NCBI GenBank assembly: GCA_951406725.2 | Contig: OX597832.1 | Span: 46,810,001-46,874,000 of the forward strand | Source: Octopus vulgaris | Lineage: Eukaryota | DNA: 64,000 nucleotides | Reading direction: 5' to 3' | In this document: one piece after another, positions 13,331-27,065 of the stretch | How positions within the stretch are numbered: position 1 is the first letter of the stretch | Layout: each line of letters starts with the position of its first letter | Program-made: the position numbers and the translations under genes | Notes under the pieces: generated by a model | What the model was told of the DNA's origin: nothing | Databases searched by the model: none | What the model saw: the letters and a program-made list of their open reading frames with translations, nothing else

Positions 13331-13530
13331 ATCCAAACATGAAACCACAAAAAAACACAACAACGCGAGGACGTGGAACAAATATATTATTATTGGACGC
13401 TCAGTAGGAAGGGAAGATGGAGGATTTAACGTTTCGAGCGGAGCTCTTCGTCGGAAACATAGGGGAAGGAAAGATCCAGAGAAGAGAAGACAGAGGGAAA
13501 AAAATCGTCAACGGTACACACGAGGTCACG
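13326..13530 (-). mobile_element. Hammerhead element family H2, second copy; ribozyme fold at 13424-13458
   Basis: Reverse complement GTTT-CCGACGA-AGAGCTCCGCTC-GAAACGTT-AAAT. Homologous to 3801-3990, with its 3' end abutting (TA)n. Confidence 0.7.
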
Positions 13531-13929
13531 TATATTCACATACACACATACAAAACATACACACCTACCTATGTTTCTATAAACGATGGTAGATCTAACA
13601 TGTTTCAATGATTAAGCAGTTTGCTTGGAATTCCGTGTCTCTTGCAGGAAACCCTTTTCGTAAACACAAACCTTCTACGTGCAACAAGGTTAACTGGATA
13701 AATACAAACTGTGTGGAAGCCCGTCAAATGAGCTATAACTGTAATTTAAACGTGCACCCTTGTCCCAAATCAAATAGTTCTGACTAATGAATTAACATTA
13801 AAAGTACAAGTGTCTCTCGGGTATTTTTATCACTAAGTATTACATAAAATTTAATGAATCAACAGTACAGCTGATCAGACTATTGGAATACTTCCCGTTG
13901 AAATCGATCGTCAATATATATATATATAT

Positions 13930-14008
<79 letters not shown>

Positions 14009-14254
14009 GAATGAATGTGTGTATGTATGTATATATGTATGTGTGTGTATATGTGTGCGTGTGTGTGTGTATGTATGTATGTGTGCAATTTTTCTGCAAA
14101 TAGAATTCACCTAAAATTTCAAATGCCGTTTATAACTCATTGAAACTAAAACATTCAATACATTTATATACGTACCCTTGGTTGTTGGAACAAGAGGATT
14201 TACTTCACGGGGACAGCTTGGATTATAACTCCTGTAGACACAAACACTATATAT

Positions 14255-14294
<40 letters not shown>

Positions 14295-14307
14295 GAACGT
14301 AGGTAGG

Positions 14308-14367
<60 letters not shown>

Positions 14368-14372
14368 TAGAG

Positions 14373-14436
<64 letters not shown>

Positions 14437-14438
<2 letters not shown>

Positions 14439-14530
14439 CTTTCTTTATTGGCCACACAGTGCTGAATACATATGGAACAAATAGCACTGTAGAGCTTTTC
14501 TTTTGGAAGATGGAAAAAGAAAAAAGGAAC
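14437..14530 (-). mobile_element. Short 3' end of the same Tx1-like LINE, abutting (GATA)n
   Basis: Reverse complement TTTTTCCATCTTCCAAAAGAAAAGCTCTACA...GTATTCAGCACTGTGTGGCCAATAAAGAAAG(TTATC) matches 5215-5305. Confidence 0.75.
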
Positions 14531-14580
14531 AGATAGACAGATATCTGTAAATGTGCGTGTGTGAATAAATACAGCTTTTT

Positions 14581-14956
14581 TCTTTTATTCTTTTTCTAGT
14601 TTCAGTCATTTGACTGCCGCCATGCTGAAACTCCGCCTTTAGTCGAACAAATCGCCCCCCAGCACTTATTCCTTGTAAGACTAGTACTTATTCTATCGGT
14701 GTGTCAGTTATCAAACGATGGTGGTGGGACAAACACAGACACACAAACATATACATAGATATATATGCATGCACACACACACACACACATATGCGACAGG
14801 CTTCTTTCACTTTCCATCTCCCAAATCCACTCACAAGGCTTTGGTTGGTTCGAGCTTATAGTAAAAGACACTTGCCCAAGGAACCACTCAGTGGGACTGA
14901 ACCCGGAACCATGTACTTGGGAAGCAAGCTTCTTACCACGCAGCCACGCCTGCGCC
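14581..14956 (-). mobile_element. SINE family A with internal deletion
   Basis: Family A head and tail. Confidence 0.85.
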
Positions 14957-15230
14957 TAGGTTGTACAGGGTTTTTTTCCTTGTGTATTTTTGTGCATTAA
15001 CTAACATATTTTGGCCATACATTGCAATTTTATTTAATAAGCTTAACGAAAGACTTAACAGGACACAGTGAAATTCTATGAAACACCGTCATAACAATTC
15101 ATTTGAAATATTTTTATGCGTCATTTTTATGAGAAAACTATTTAACTTCTTGTAAACATGCAACTGTAATTCACACTATAATACAATATAATTGTATTAC
15201 AGTTGTAATGCAATATAATTGTCTATGATA

Positions 15231-15395
15231 GGCGCAGGAGTGGCTGTGTGGTAAGTAGCTTGTTTACCAACCACATGGTTCCGCGTTCAGTCCCACTGCG
15301 TGGCACCTTGGGCAAGTGTCTTCTACTATAGCCTGGGGTCAACCAAAGCCTCGTGAGTGGATTTGGTAGACGGAAACTGAAAGAAGCCCGTCGTG

Positions 15396-15442
<47 letters not shown>

Positions 15443-15660
15443 TTGTGTGTGTCTGTGTTTGTCCCATCCAACATCACTTGACGGCCGATGCTGGTGTGTT
15501 TATGTCCCCGTCACTTAGCGGTTCGGCAAAAGAGACCGATAAAATAAGTACTGGGCTTACAAAAAAGAATAAGTCCCGGGGTCGAGTTGCTCGATTAAAA
15601 GCGGTGCTCCACCATGGCCGCAGTCAAATGACTGAAACAAAGTAAAATAGTAAAGAGTAA
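15231..15660 (+). mobile_element. SINE family A, full length
   Basis: GGCGCAGGAGTGGCTGTGTGG...CACCTTGGGCAAGTGTCTT...GACTGAAACAAAGTAAAA. Confidence 0.92.
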
Positions 15661-15870
15661 TACGATATAATATATAATGCAAAATAATACTATATTAATA
15701 AATCTTAACCAATGTAATAGAATATAGTACAACTTTGAAAAAGCTGATTCGTCAATTGAAGTTTAAACATAGATGGCGCTGATAACAATAGAGTGTAAAA
15801 GCTAAACAGATCAAATATGAAATGACTGATAATGTCGAAACGTGTTTGTTTATGGAAATTATTAATATAT

Positions 15871-16297
15871 CTCTTTTACTCTTTTACTCTTTTACTTGTT
15901 TCAGTCATTTGACTGTGGCCATGCTGGAGCACCGCCTTTAGTCGAGCAAATCGACCCCGGGACTTATTCTTTTGTAAGCCCAGTACTTATTCTATCGGTT
16001 CTCTTTTGCTGAACCGCTAAGTGACGGGGACGTAAACACACCAGCATCGGTTGTCAAGCAATGCTAGGGGGACAAACACAGACACACAAACACATACACA
16101 CACATACATATATATATACATATATACATATATACGACAGCCTTCTTTCAGTTTCTGTCTACCAAATCCACTCACAAAGCATTGGTCGGCCCGGGGCTAT
16201 AGCAGAAGACACTTGCCCAAGATGCCACGCAGTGGGACTGAACCCGGAACCATGTGGTTGGTTAGCAAGCTACTTACCACACAGCCACTCCTGCGCC
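15871..16297 (-). mobile_element. SINE family A, full length
   Basis: As above, on the reverse strand. Confidence 0.92.
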
Positions 16298-17109
16298 TAT
16301 GTGTATATGAATATTTATGATTTCATTGAGGTTTTAGTGTTATCGCAATAAGACATATTGGTCTGTCTTGTAACCTGAATACGATCCATAGGACTCAGCA
16401 TTCGTTAATTATTAAATCGAAAGTTACACGCGCTGCAGTCGACGCAGATACATGTACGTACATGCGCAAACGTGAAGCATGCACGCATGCGCCACACAGA
16501 CTCGCAGCCTCTCTCTCTTTCATGCATACGCATACATGTAAACTAATACAGAAAGACAAGCATAGAAATACTTACAATAATAAGACATTGAGTATCTGTA
16601 TTGTGACACGAATTGGTAGAAATAGCAGCCAAATTTCCCTCAATTCACTACCTTTTTTTTATTGTCCTTCAAATGACAACTTGTTGAATAATGTAGTCTA
16701 AGGAAGAAAATGCTAGAAATAAAACAAAATTAATACCAGTAATATACTGCGTCAATATCACTGACTATGCTATGGCGGCCATCAGGCAGAATTATGCTTA
16801 GAGGCATTTCCGTCTTTACGTTCTGAGATCGACTTCACCTTTCATCCTTGCGCGATGGGGGGTCAATAAAATTAAGTACCAGTTGAGTACTGAGGCTGAT
16901 GTGAGTGACTTACGCCCTACCCCTTGTGCCAAAACTTAAAACCAGTCATACTGGCCCTACTAACTCCCGCACCCACAAAATATATGAGTTAGCATATCGA
17001 ATAAGAAAAGAATGCACATACAATGTTCAGAAAAAGGCGGCGATCTGGCAGAGACATTAGCGAGCCGGGTGAAATGCTCAGCGGTATTCCGCTTGTGTTT
17101 ACATTTATA

Positions 17110-17272
17110 GGCGTAGGAGTGGCTGTGTGGTTAGTAGCTTGCTTACAAACCACCCGGTTCCCGGTCCAGTCCCACTGCGTGGTACCTTGGGCAACTGTCT
17201 TCCACTATAGCCTCGGGTCGACCACAGACTTGTGAGTGGATTTGGTAGATGGAAACCGAAACAAGCCCGTCG

Positions 17273-17331
<59 letters not shown>

Positions 17332-17530
17332 TTGTGTTTGTCCCCCCCCCCAACATCGATTGACAACCGATGCTGGCGTGTTACGTCCCCGTAATTTAAC
17401 AGTTCGGCAAAAAGAGACCGATAAAATAAGTACTAAGCTTACAAAGAATAAGTCCGGGGATCCATTTGTTCGACTAAAGGCGGTGCTCCAGCATGGCCAC
17501 AGTCAAATGACTGAAACGAATAGAAGAAAA
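17110..17530 (+). mobile_element. SINE family A directly after a SINE B head (17036-17105); older SINE B at 16780-16945
   Basis: Family A head, body and tail; GGCGGCGATCTGGCAGAGACATTAGC upstream. Confidence 0.88.
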
Positions 17531-17906
17531 AACAAGACGATAATGCGAAGCGTAGGTCAATCGCACATATTTGTTATGACGAAATAATTTAGGGTATGGA
17601 GATTTTCCAATTATTTCAGCCATGTAATCAACACATATATGAACACGCTAATTTCATAATAATTAATTATAAATTAATCGTCTCTATTTACAGAAATGAA
17701 CTGTTCATGTGCTGTACGCATGTGTGTATGAATGGGCGTAAGAACGTATGTGTTTAAATATACAAATATATATAAATATATACATATATATAAATATATA
17801 TGTATATATATTCCCATTTGTAGAAAATAGGAATAAGCAGTCTATGGCTACTATTTCTAAATTTTTCGGTATGCGGCCAAGCAACCTGTTGCCTGCCCCT
17901 TTTATT

Positions 17907-17966
<60 letters not shown>

Positions 17967-18078
17967 CATATTGTCAACCTTTTCTAATATTCTCTAGCAT
18001 TAGAATCAACGTTGTTCTTAACATTATCCAAGAATATTATATACCTATCTGCCGTTGAGAAACACACCAACACTCACA

Positions 18079-18127
<49 letters not shown>

Positions 18128-18205
18128 TCACACGCAAACACACACAGGTGCACACATACAGAGGCACACAAACATGTGTGCATATGCAAGCATATCTACT
18201 GAATG

Positions 18206-18244
<39 letters not shown>

Positions 18245-18323
18245 AAATATTAGGGAATAAATCCAAACTTACAGGGAAAAATCAGATTTAGGATTGAATC
18301 CAATTTTATAGTAAAATATTATT

Positions 18324-18621
18324 ATATTAAATTAGAGATAAAACCACTATTAGGCAAATCAAACAATGAAAAACTTAAGCCAATACATAAGATTAATTAA
18401 TTTATATTATTTTATTTTATTTTATTTTATTTTATTTTATTTTATTTTATTTTATTTTATTTTATTTTATTTTTATTATTTTATTTTATTTTATTTTATT
18501 TTATTTTATTTTTATTATTTTAAATATATTTAAAATTATATAAATTAATTAATTTTATGTATTGGCTTAAGTTTTTCATTGTTTGATTCGCCTAATAGTG
18601 GTTTTATCTCTAATTTAATAT
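18324..18621. repeat. Near-perfect 84-bp inverted repeat with (TTTTA)n spacer
   Basis: 18324-18407 versus the reverse complement of 18538-18621 differ at about 2 positions. Confidence 0.9.
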
Positions 18622-18797
18622 TATATATATATATATCAATACGGAGCAAATAATTCACGAGAAAAAAAATCATTCACGAAAAGATAATTTGCGAAGATAT
18701 CATTGACTCTGTTATTATCTAGAGTAACAATTTTAAAATGATACAAACAGAATCAATAATATAGGCGATTGCAGGCCTCCAAAAAAGCATTAAATAG

Positions 18798-19126
18798 CTG
18801 AAGGATTAAAATTAATCAAAGGACATATTAAATTAAGTATTTCTACCTGCTGGAAATAACCGTCAAATCTCTTATTTAAATTGCCAAAATACACTGATAA
18901 TAACTACAGAAATCAACAGTCCAAAGGTAAACGGGCTAAGACAAACTTCCAACGTATATTCAAGTGTGTGGACCGGTTTCTGCACTGGCAAAGCCCGTTT
19001 GTCTTCGGACGGTTGATTTCTGTTGTTATTACTAGTGTATTTTGTCGATTTAAATAAGAGTTTTGACTGTTATTTTCAGCAGGTAGACATACTCAGTATG
19101 TCCTTTGATGAACTTTAATCCTTCAG
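18798..19126. repeat. Imperfect fold-back element with arms of about 135-140 bp and a spacer of about 54 bp
   Basis: CTGAAGGATTAAA...AAACGGGCT (18798-18937) versus AGCCCGTTT...TTTAATCCTTCAG (18992-19126). Confidence 0.85.
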
Positions 19127-19131
19127 GTATA

Positions 19132-19227
<96 letters not shown>

Positions 19228-19381
19228 TATATAATATATATATACATATATATACATATATATATACATATATATATACATATATATACATATATATATT
19301 TATATATATATATATGTATTTGTATATGTACATGTATATGTGCGCATGCATGCATATATATATGTGTGTATATGTATGCAT

Positions 19382-19412
<31 letters not shown>

Positions 19413-19849
19413 GTATATGTACCTCTGTGTGCGTGTAAGCGTAAAATTATATATATGTATGTGATTGTACGTATGTATTGATATGTAAATATGTGCATAT
19501 ATGTATGCATACAATAGTCTCCACAGAAATATATGCACAGCACTGCCGATATACTTCAATGTAATGTGTAACACGAATTTTTCAGCAAGCGACGTAGTAT
19601 TGGGTAGGTTATAGATTAGAAACATGACATGTCTGAGCATGAATAATTATGAGCTTAGTAATAATACATCTGAATGACCTGCATTCATCACACTCTTAGA
19701 GTTGTAGATAAGATATATCAATGGTTCTTAAATTAATAAACACCTAGCTGATAATAAGATAATAATAAAGCTAGCTGATAATGAACAGACACATACGAGG
19801 TGTAGAAGTTAATGAAAACGTCCTGAACAGCATTCTATTCTACTCTAAG

Positions 19850-20190
19850 CACAATGACCGAAATTTGGGGGGAGGGGGCCAGTCGATTATATCGACCCTA
19901 GTAGACAACTGGTACTTAATTTATCGACCTCGAAAGGATGAAAGGCAAAGTCGACCTCGTCGGAATTTGAACTCAGAACGTAAAGATAGAGGCGGGCTAA
20001 AGTTTCTTATTTCTTTAATATCCACAAAGAGCTACACACAAGGACAGACAAACGGATTAAGTTGATTATATCGACCCCAGTGCGTAACTGGTACTTATTT
20101 AATCGACCCCGAAAGGACGTAAGGCAAAGTCGACTTCGGCGGAATTTGAACCCAGAACGTTGCAGCAGACGAAATACCTATTTCTTTATC
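19850..20190 (-). mobile_element. Tandem SINE family B units
   Basis: Two copies of GAAAGGA...AGGCAAAGTCGAC..CG.CGGAATTTGAAC.CAGAACG with tail-to-body junctions. Confidence 0.85.
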
Positions 20191-20636
20191 CTCACACTAC
20201 ACAGAGAACAAACAACACACACAAACATAACGAATATATTGACTACACAGGTACAATATCGAGAAAAGATGAAAGGCAAAGTATAATAACTCAGAATGAT
20301 TAAATATATATATATATTTTTATATACAATAAAATTAGAGGACAAATCAAAGAAAACAGATTAAGTATTGAATAACTAGTAACCGTATTATTTAAATGAT
20401 AAAAGGAAAGGCAAATAACTACGGAAATCAACTCCAAACGTAACGGCAGACAAACTCCTACGTATATTCAATGTGTAACGTTTCTAATTTTAGTACGTAT
20501 TATTGATTATTATTTTATTTTTTTTATTTATTTATTTTATTTTAAAAAGGACATTTTTATGCATTTTATAATATAATCCAATTTTATATAAATAATTTAA
20601 TTTAAGGTATATTAAAATACATCTGATAGTTCTGCA

Positions 20637-20806
20637 GCTACCACTACCGAGGAAAACATTGATTGTGTTCAACTTATGGCGAAGGCAATTGACTAAAAAT
20701 CAAATACCCAATGTTATGAGCATATCCTGTAAGAGAGCTGTGAATATTCTGGACAATGAACTTGGCCTGACGAAGATTTCTGCTCAGTGGGTGCCACGTT
20801 TTCTGT
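20637..20806 (+). pseudogene. Mariner-family transposase fragment
   Basis: TTEENID...RQLTKNQIPNVMSISCKRAVNILDNELGLTKISAQWVPRFL, i.e. the second HTH and WVPxxL linker motif of mariner transposases; frameshifted. Confidence 0.8.
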
Positions 20807-21207
20807 ATGTATGTATGTATGTATGTATGTATGTGTTGCTATGCATGTATGTATGTATGTATGTATGTATGAATGTATGTATGTATGTATGTATGTATGT
20901 ATGCATGCATGTATGTATGTATGTATGTATGTATGTATGTATGTATGTATGTATGTACGTGTGTATACATGCATGTATGTATGTATGTATTTATGTCTTC
21001 GTGTGTGTTTGTCCCCCGTAAACACTTCCCAAACGGGGTTGCCTTGTTTATTTCCCTGTGACCAAGCAGTCCGGCACAAAGGCCGGAGAGAGTAAGTTTT
21101 CGATTCCTAAAATGAGCACGGGGTGGGGGGATTTGCTACCAATAGCCCTGAACAGTGGTGCTCCAACATGGGCACAGGTCAATGTCCGATACCCGATGCG
21201 ATAAAAG

Positions 21208-21216
<9 letters not shown>

Positions 21217-21273
<57 letters not shown>

Positions 21274-21696
21274 ATGTGTGTTTGTGTGTGTGTGTGTGTG
21301 TGTATGTGTGTGTGTGTGTGTGTTTATATGGAAGCACTGCCGAACTAGGAATAATAGTTGCCAGTTGACATAATGTTCCGCCTGCAATCTTTTACGCCAA
21401 CAATACATTCAAACCTAACTCCGATAGGAAAACGGAATAAATAAATAATTGAACAAATAAATAGATAAATAAATAAATAAATAAACAAATAAATAAATAA
21501 ATAAAAGGTTTTTTTTTTGAAATTTCTGTTGAAGAATGAATTCAAAATCACGAAGTAGAACATTACATAAAAAGAAATGTAAATAAGTCTTTTGAATCCT
21601 ACGAGTACTTTTTTCTTTCATCTTGTGTGATGTGTGATTTGTGTCAGTTAATTTATCTGTGGATGTTTCTTTTATTTATGGCAACGAATAAGTCTT

Positions 21697-21728
<32 letters not shown>

Positions 21729-22035
21729 TGTATGTATGTATGTATGTATGTATGTATGTATGTATGTATGTGTGTATGTTTGTATGTATGTATGAGTGTA
21801 TGTATGTATGTATGTATGTATGTATGTATGTATGTATGTATGTATGTATGTATGTATGATTGTATGTGTGTGTATGTATGTATCTATGTATGTATATGTG
21901 TGTGTATATATATATTTGTACATATAAAAGACTTGATAACAATTGAACGGAATATGATCAATCAAAAGCGATAAAGTCAAGGTTACTTTTTTTTTTAAAT
22001 AAAAATTATAAATGGAGATAAAACAGTGAGACAAA

Positions 22036-22081
<46 letters not shown>

Positions 22082-22229
22082 CATGTACATATACACATGT
22101 AAGACTATGTATCTATATATACTCGATTATGCGAGATGGATATATATTTAATGTGACATGTAATATATTATATACATATTACATAATATATATATAGATA
22201 TCACATAACCGAATGCATATATACATATT

Positions 22230-22290
<61 letters not shown>

Positions 22291-22857
22291 ATATATGTTT
22301 ATCTATATAAGCATATATGAATCTCCTCTTCTCACTACATAAACATATGTGTGCATGTATATACATGTATATATATATACATATATATATGTGTGTGTGT
22401 GTGTGTGTCTATGTGTGCGTATGTGTTGTATATGTATGTATGTATGTATGTATACATTCAGGGAGTGGGGGAGGAGGTGCCTATATACTTACATATTCAT
22501 ACATCGATACATACAGGTATCGATGTGCCTATGGGGAGCGTACTCATATGTATGAGTTGATTTAATTTGAATTCTTTTTTATTCGCCATGCAATTTTCAT
22601 GTAACTACTACCTCTTTTCAACAATATTCAAACTGGTTTTGTATTAGAAAACAACGGCTTCATTCATTTCTTATGAATGTCGTCTCATTGGGTAATTCAT
22701 ATTGGTATTTTAATTAAGAGTTGTCTATAAGTGTTGCTGTTTCATTTGGCAATACGAGGCTTAGAAGAAAATTCCTAAGATAGCAACTTTAAAAATAAAA
22801 ACATAGCACATGAAATAAAGTGAGATACGAAACCTTATCACCTGTTTCTAAATGATT

Positions 22858-22915
<58 letters not shown>

Positions 22916-23505
22916 GTTGTTGTGTGTGTGCATGTGTGTTTGTGTGTGTGTGTGTGTGTGTATGTGTGTGTGTGTGTGTGTTTATATGGAAGCACTGCCG
23001 AACTAGGAATAATAGTTGCCAGTTGACATAATGTTCCGCCTGCAATCTTTTACGCCAACAATACATTCAAACCTAACTCCGATAGGAAAACGGAATAAAT
23101 AAATAATTGAACAAATAAATAGATAAATAAATAAATAAATAAACAAATAAATAAATAAATAAAAGGTTTTTTTATTCCCCACTTTCAAATTTCTTTTGAA
23201 GAATGAATTCAAAATCACGAAGTAGAACATTACATAAAAAGAAATGTAAATAAGTCTTTTCGAATCCTACGAGTACTTTTTGTCTTTCATCTTGTGTGAT
23301 GTGTGATTTGTGTCAGTTAATTTATCTGTGGATGTTTGCTTTTATTTATGGCAACGAATAAGTCTTTTTGTTCGACTATGTGTCATGTATGTATGTATGT
23401 ATGTATGTATGTATGTATGTATGTATGTATGTATGTATGTGTGTATGTGTGTGTGTTTTGTGTATGTGTGTTGTATGTGGTTGTATGTGTGTGTGTATGT
23501 ATGTA

Positions 23506-23546
<41 letters not shown>

Positions 23547-23747
23547 CTGTATGTATGTATGTATGTATGTATGTATGCATGTAAAAGATAGAGTATGTTA
23601 AGTGTATGTATGTATCCAGAAATTATATGAAAATAAATATTATAATTGATACATAAACTGTTAAATACACAAATAGAAACATAAAGAAATAAAATTTATA
23701 TAAAATAAAAATTATAAATGGAGATAAAACAGTGAGACAACCATATC

Positions 23748-23781
<34 letters not shown>

Positions 23782-23943
23782 CGTACTGTACATATGTTAT
23801 ACACATGTAAGACTATGTATCTATATATACTCGATTATGCGAGATGGATATATATTTAATGTGACATGTAATATATTATATACATATTATAATATATATA
23901 TAGATATCACATAATTGTCATCGTCGTGCATATATACATTATT

Positions 23944-23992
<49 letters not shown>

Positions 23993-24577
23993 ATGTATGT
24001 ATTATATTATTATTTATCTATATAAGCATATATGAATTCCTTTTCACTACATAAACATATTATGTGTGCATGTATATACATGTATATATATATACATATA
24101 TATATGTGTGTGTGTGTGTGTGTCTATGTGTGCGTATGTGTTGTATATGTATGTATGTATGTATGTATACATTCAGGGAGTGGGGGAGGAGGTGCCTATA
24201 TACTTACATATTCATACATCGATACATACAGGTATCGATGTGCCTATGGGGAGCGTACTCATATGTATGAGTTGATTTAATTTGAATTCTTTTTTATTCG
24301 CCATGCAATTTTCATGTAACTACTACCTCTTTTCAACAATATTCAAACTGGTTTTGTATTAGAAAACAACGGCTTCATTCATTTCTTATGAATGTCGTCT
24401 CATTGGGTAATTCATATTGGTATTTTAATTAAGAGTTGTCTATAAGTGTTGCTGTTTCATTTGGCAATACGAGGCTTAGAAGAAAATTCCTAAAAGATAG
24501 CAACTTTAAAAATAAAAACATGGCACATGAAATAAAGTGAGATACGAAGCCTTATCACCTGTTTCTAAATGATTCAA
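21217..24577 (+). repeat. Direct tandem duplication of about 1.65-1.7 kb (21217-22860 and 22861-24577)
   Basis: Both units start in (TG)n followed by TTTATATGGAAGCACTGCCG and end CCTGTTTCTAAATGATTCAA; unique parts are nearly identical. Confidence 0.9.
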
Positions 24578-24944
24578 GAAAGGAGGGCAAAATTAATGTA
24601 AAATATATTCCAACATTCGATTCCACATGAGTATATACATTATTTGGAAGATCGAGGGAATTCCGCTCGTTGCCTCGAATTCTACTGTGTAGAATTGTGT
24701 GGGACATTTCAACTTCACACTCTTTCTCTCAATGAATAAGTCGATGAAGGAATGGTATGTTGTTTTTTTATTACGCTAGTGGTTTTCCATAGTCAGTGTT
24801 TATACTTGAATATCTTTAGCATTGTTTGCTTCACAACCAATCAAAAAATTAAATAACAACCGTCAGATCAATTGAAATCAGTTAATGAAAACGTCAGACT
24901 CAAAAAAAAAAAAATTTTCCCCAGTAATATATATCAAAGAATAA

Positions 24945-25125
24945 AAGGGCCTTCATGTGCCATAAGCTCACACGCCAAGATTCCTGGGTTATGTGGCGTA
25001 TATATTCCCCACTTTCACAGGATGCTAGTCTTTCGCAGGAATACTTATTTTCGCCAGCAGCGGGGTCAAGGGCAATGTGAAATGAAGTACTGTTTTGCTC
25101 AAGAATACAACACATTGCCCGGTTC
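24945..25125 (-). mobile_element. Degenerate SINE family D fragment
   Basis: GTGAAATGAAG...TGTTTTGCTCAAGAA.ACAAC matches 30475-30510. Confidence 0.65.
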
Positions 25126-25408
25126 ACCAGTTACGCACTTGGGTCGATATAATCGACTTAATGCGTTTGTCTGTCCTTGTTTGTGCTCTCTGTGTTTGGC
25201 CTGTTGTGGGTAGTAAAGAAATAGGTACTTCGGCTGCCGTTACGCTCTGAGTTCAAATTCCGCCGAGGTCGACTTTGCCTTTCATCCTTTCGGGGTCGAT
25301 AAATTAAGTACTAGGCTTACAAAGAATGAGTCCTGGGGTCGATTTGTTCGACTAAAGGTGGTGCTCCAGTATGGCCGCAGTCAAATGACTGAAACAAGTA
25401 ATAGAAAA
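25126..25408 (+). mobile_element. Chimeric SINE: B tail plus B body joined to an A tail
   Basis: B sequence up to GATAAATTAAGTAC (25311), then the A tail TAGGCTTACAAAGAAT...GCAGTCAAATGACTGAAACAAGTAA. Confidence 0.85.
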
Positions 25409-25467
25409 ATATATATAAATACATGTGTGTGTGTGTGTGTGTTTGTGTGTATGTGTGTTGTGTGTGA

Positions 25468-25539
<72 letters not shown>

Positions 25540-25934
25540 TCATAGATGTTTGTGCATGCATCTTCTGTATCTCTATGCATGTAGAAAGATAGAGATAGCT
25601 TAACCGTGAAAGAAGAAAAAAATATCCAGAAATTAAAAAAATATGAAAATAAAATCATTATAATTGATACATAAACTGTTAAATACACAAATAGAAACAT
25701 AAAGAAATAAAAAAATAGGTATATAACAATAAATACTACATCACTTCGTGCCCCCTCCTTATTTTCCTCCCACCATCACCATCGTCGTCCTCCACCTCCT
25801 CCTCATCATCATCACCATCATCACCGTCATCACTACAGCGTACTTAGAGATATATATGTTAAGCAGCATGAGATACGGAGTCGAAACGAACAAGAACTGA
25901 ACTGCTCCAAGCTAGGAAAAATAAGGCACAGTTT

Positions 25935-26008
25935 CATTATTATTATTATTATTATCATCATCATCATCATCATCATCATCATTGTCATCGTCGTCGTCGT
26001 CGTCGTTA

Positions 26009-26039
<31 letters not shown>

Positions 26040-26053
26040 CATTATTATTATTA

Positions 26054-26118
<65 letters not shown>

Positions 26119-26150
26119 TATCATTATAATCATTATTATCGTCGTCGTTA

Positions 26151-26187
<37 letters not shown>

Positions 26188-26206
26188 CATTATTATTATT
26201 TTTATT

Positions 26207-26237
<31 letters not shown>

Positions 26238-26249
26238 TTATTATTATTA

Positions 26250-26310
<61 letters not shown>

Positions 26311-26315
26311 CATCA
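25935..26315. repeat. (ATT)n compound microsatellite
   Basis: Seen directly. Confidence 0.95.
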
Positions 26316-27065
26316 TGTCTAGGTTCCCGAATGCGCGGCTTCCATCTCTTTGTGTGTAGAATCGTGTTTGCATGCATTTGTTGGAATTGATGCAAATGAA
26401 CGGTGTTTTAAGTGTACAAAGTAACGAAATCGTGTATATGAGTAAGTGTGTTAGTTTACGTGTATGCGTGAGCGGTTTTGTCGGAGTGCATGTGTGTGGG
26501 TGAGCGTGCGTATGTGAGTATTTGTGTCTGTGTGTTTCTGCGAGAAGATTTCATGAATAGAGAAAGAGTTTGTTAAAATCGGAGAAGAAGCAAAAAAAAA
26601 AATATATATATTATTTTCTTTTTCAAATTACATGTTTCAGTCTGGCAAGAGTCTTGTTAAAATGTGATCGCAAAACAAAAACAAATTATATATTATTGTT
26701 TTAGTGTTTGGTATTTACATGTGTCTGGCTATAGGCCTTTCTATTCAAAGAGTCTTTTATCCAACTAGGATTTGAAAAAGACAACTCCAATTAGTTCGGC
26801 AGTTAGTGGGTTAGGGCTTGTTAATTTTTAATACCTTTTTTTTATATATATTTATTTCGTTTGTATTTTTCTTCATGTTTGTTATTCGTCTCTGTTCTTT
26901 GTTTTCTTCATGTTAGTATGCTGTCTATTTCTGAGTCGTTTAAAAATAATACCAGCCCCGCCGTATCACAATATACCAACAACATATAACCCCTCACGTG
27001 CTGATCCCGAAGAAATATTGGGGTTTCTGTGCTGTTCTGTTGCCTAAATCTGTTTTAACCTTTTT

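Noticed and set aside
15231-15305. tRNA-like sequences at the SINE heads
   Set aside because: A and B boxes are present, but there is no intact cloverleaf and they continue into SINE bodies, so they are not tRNA genes.
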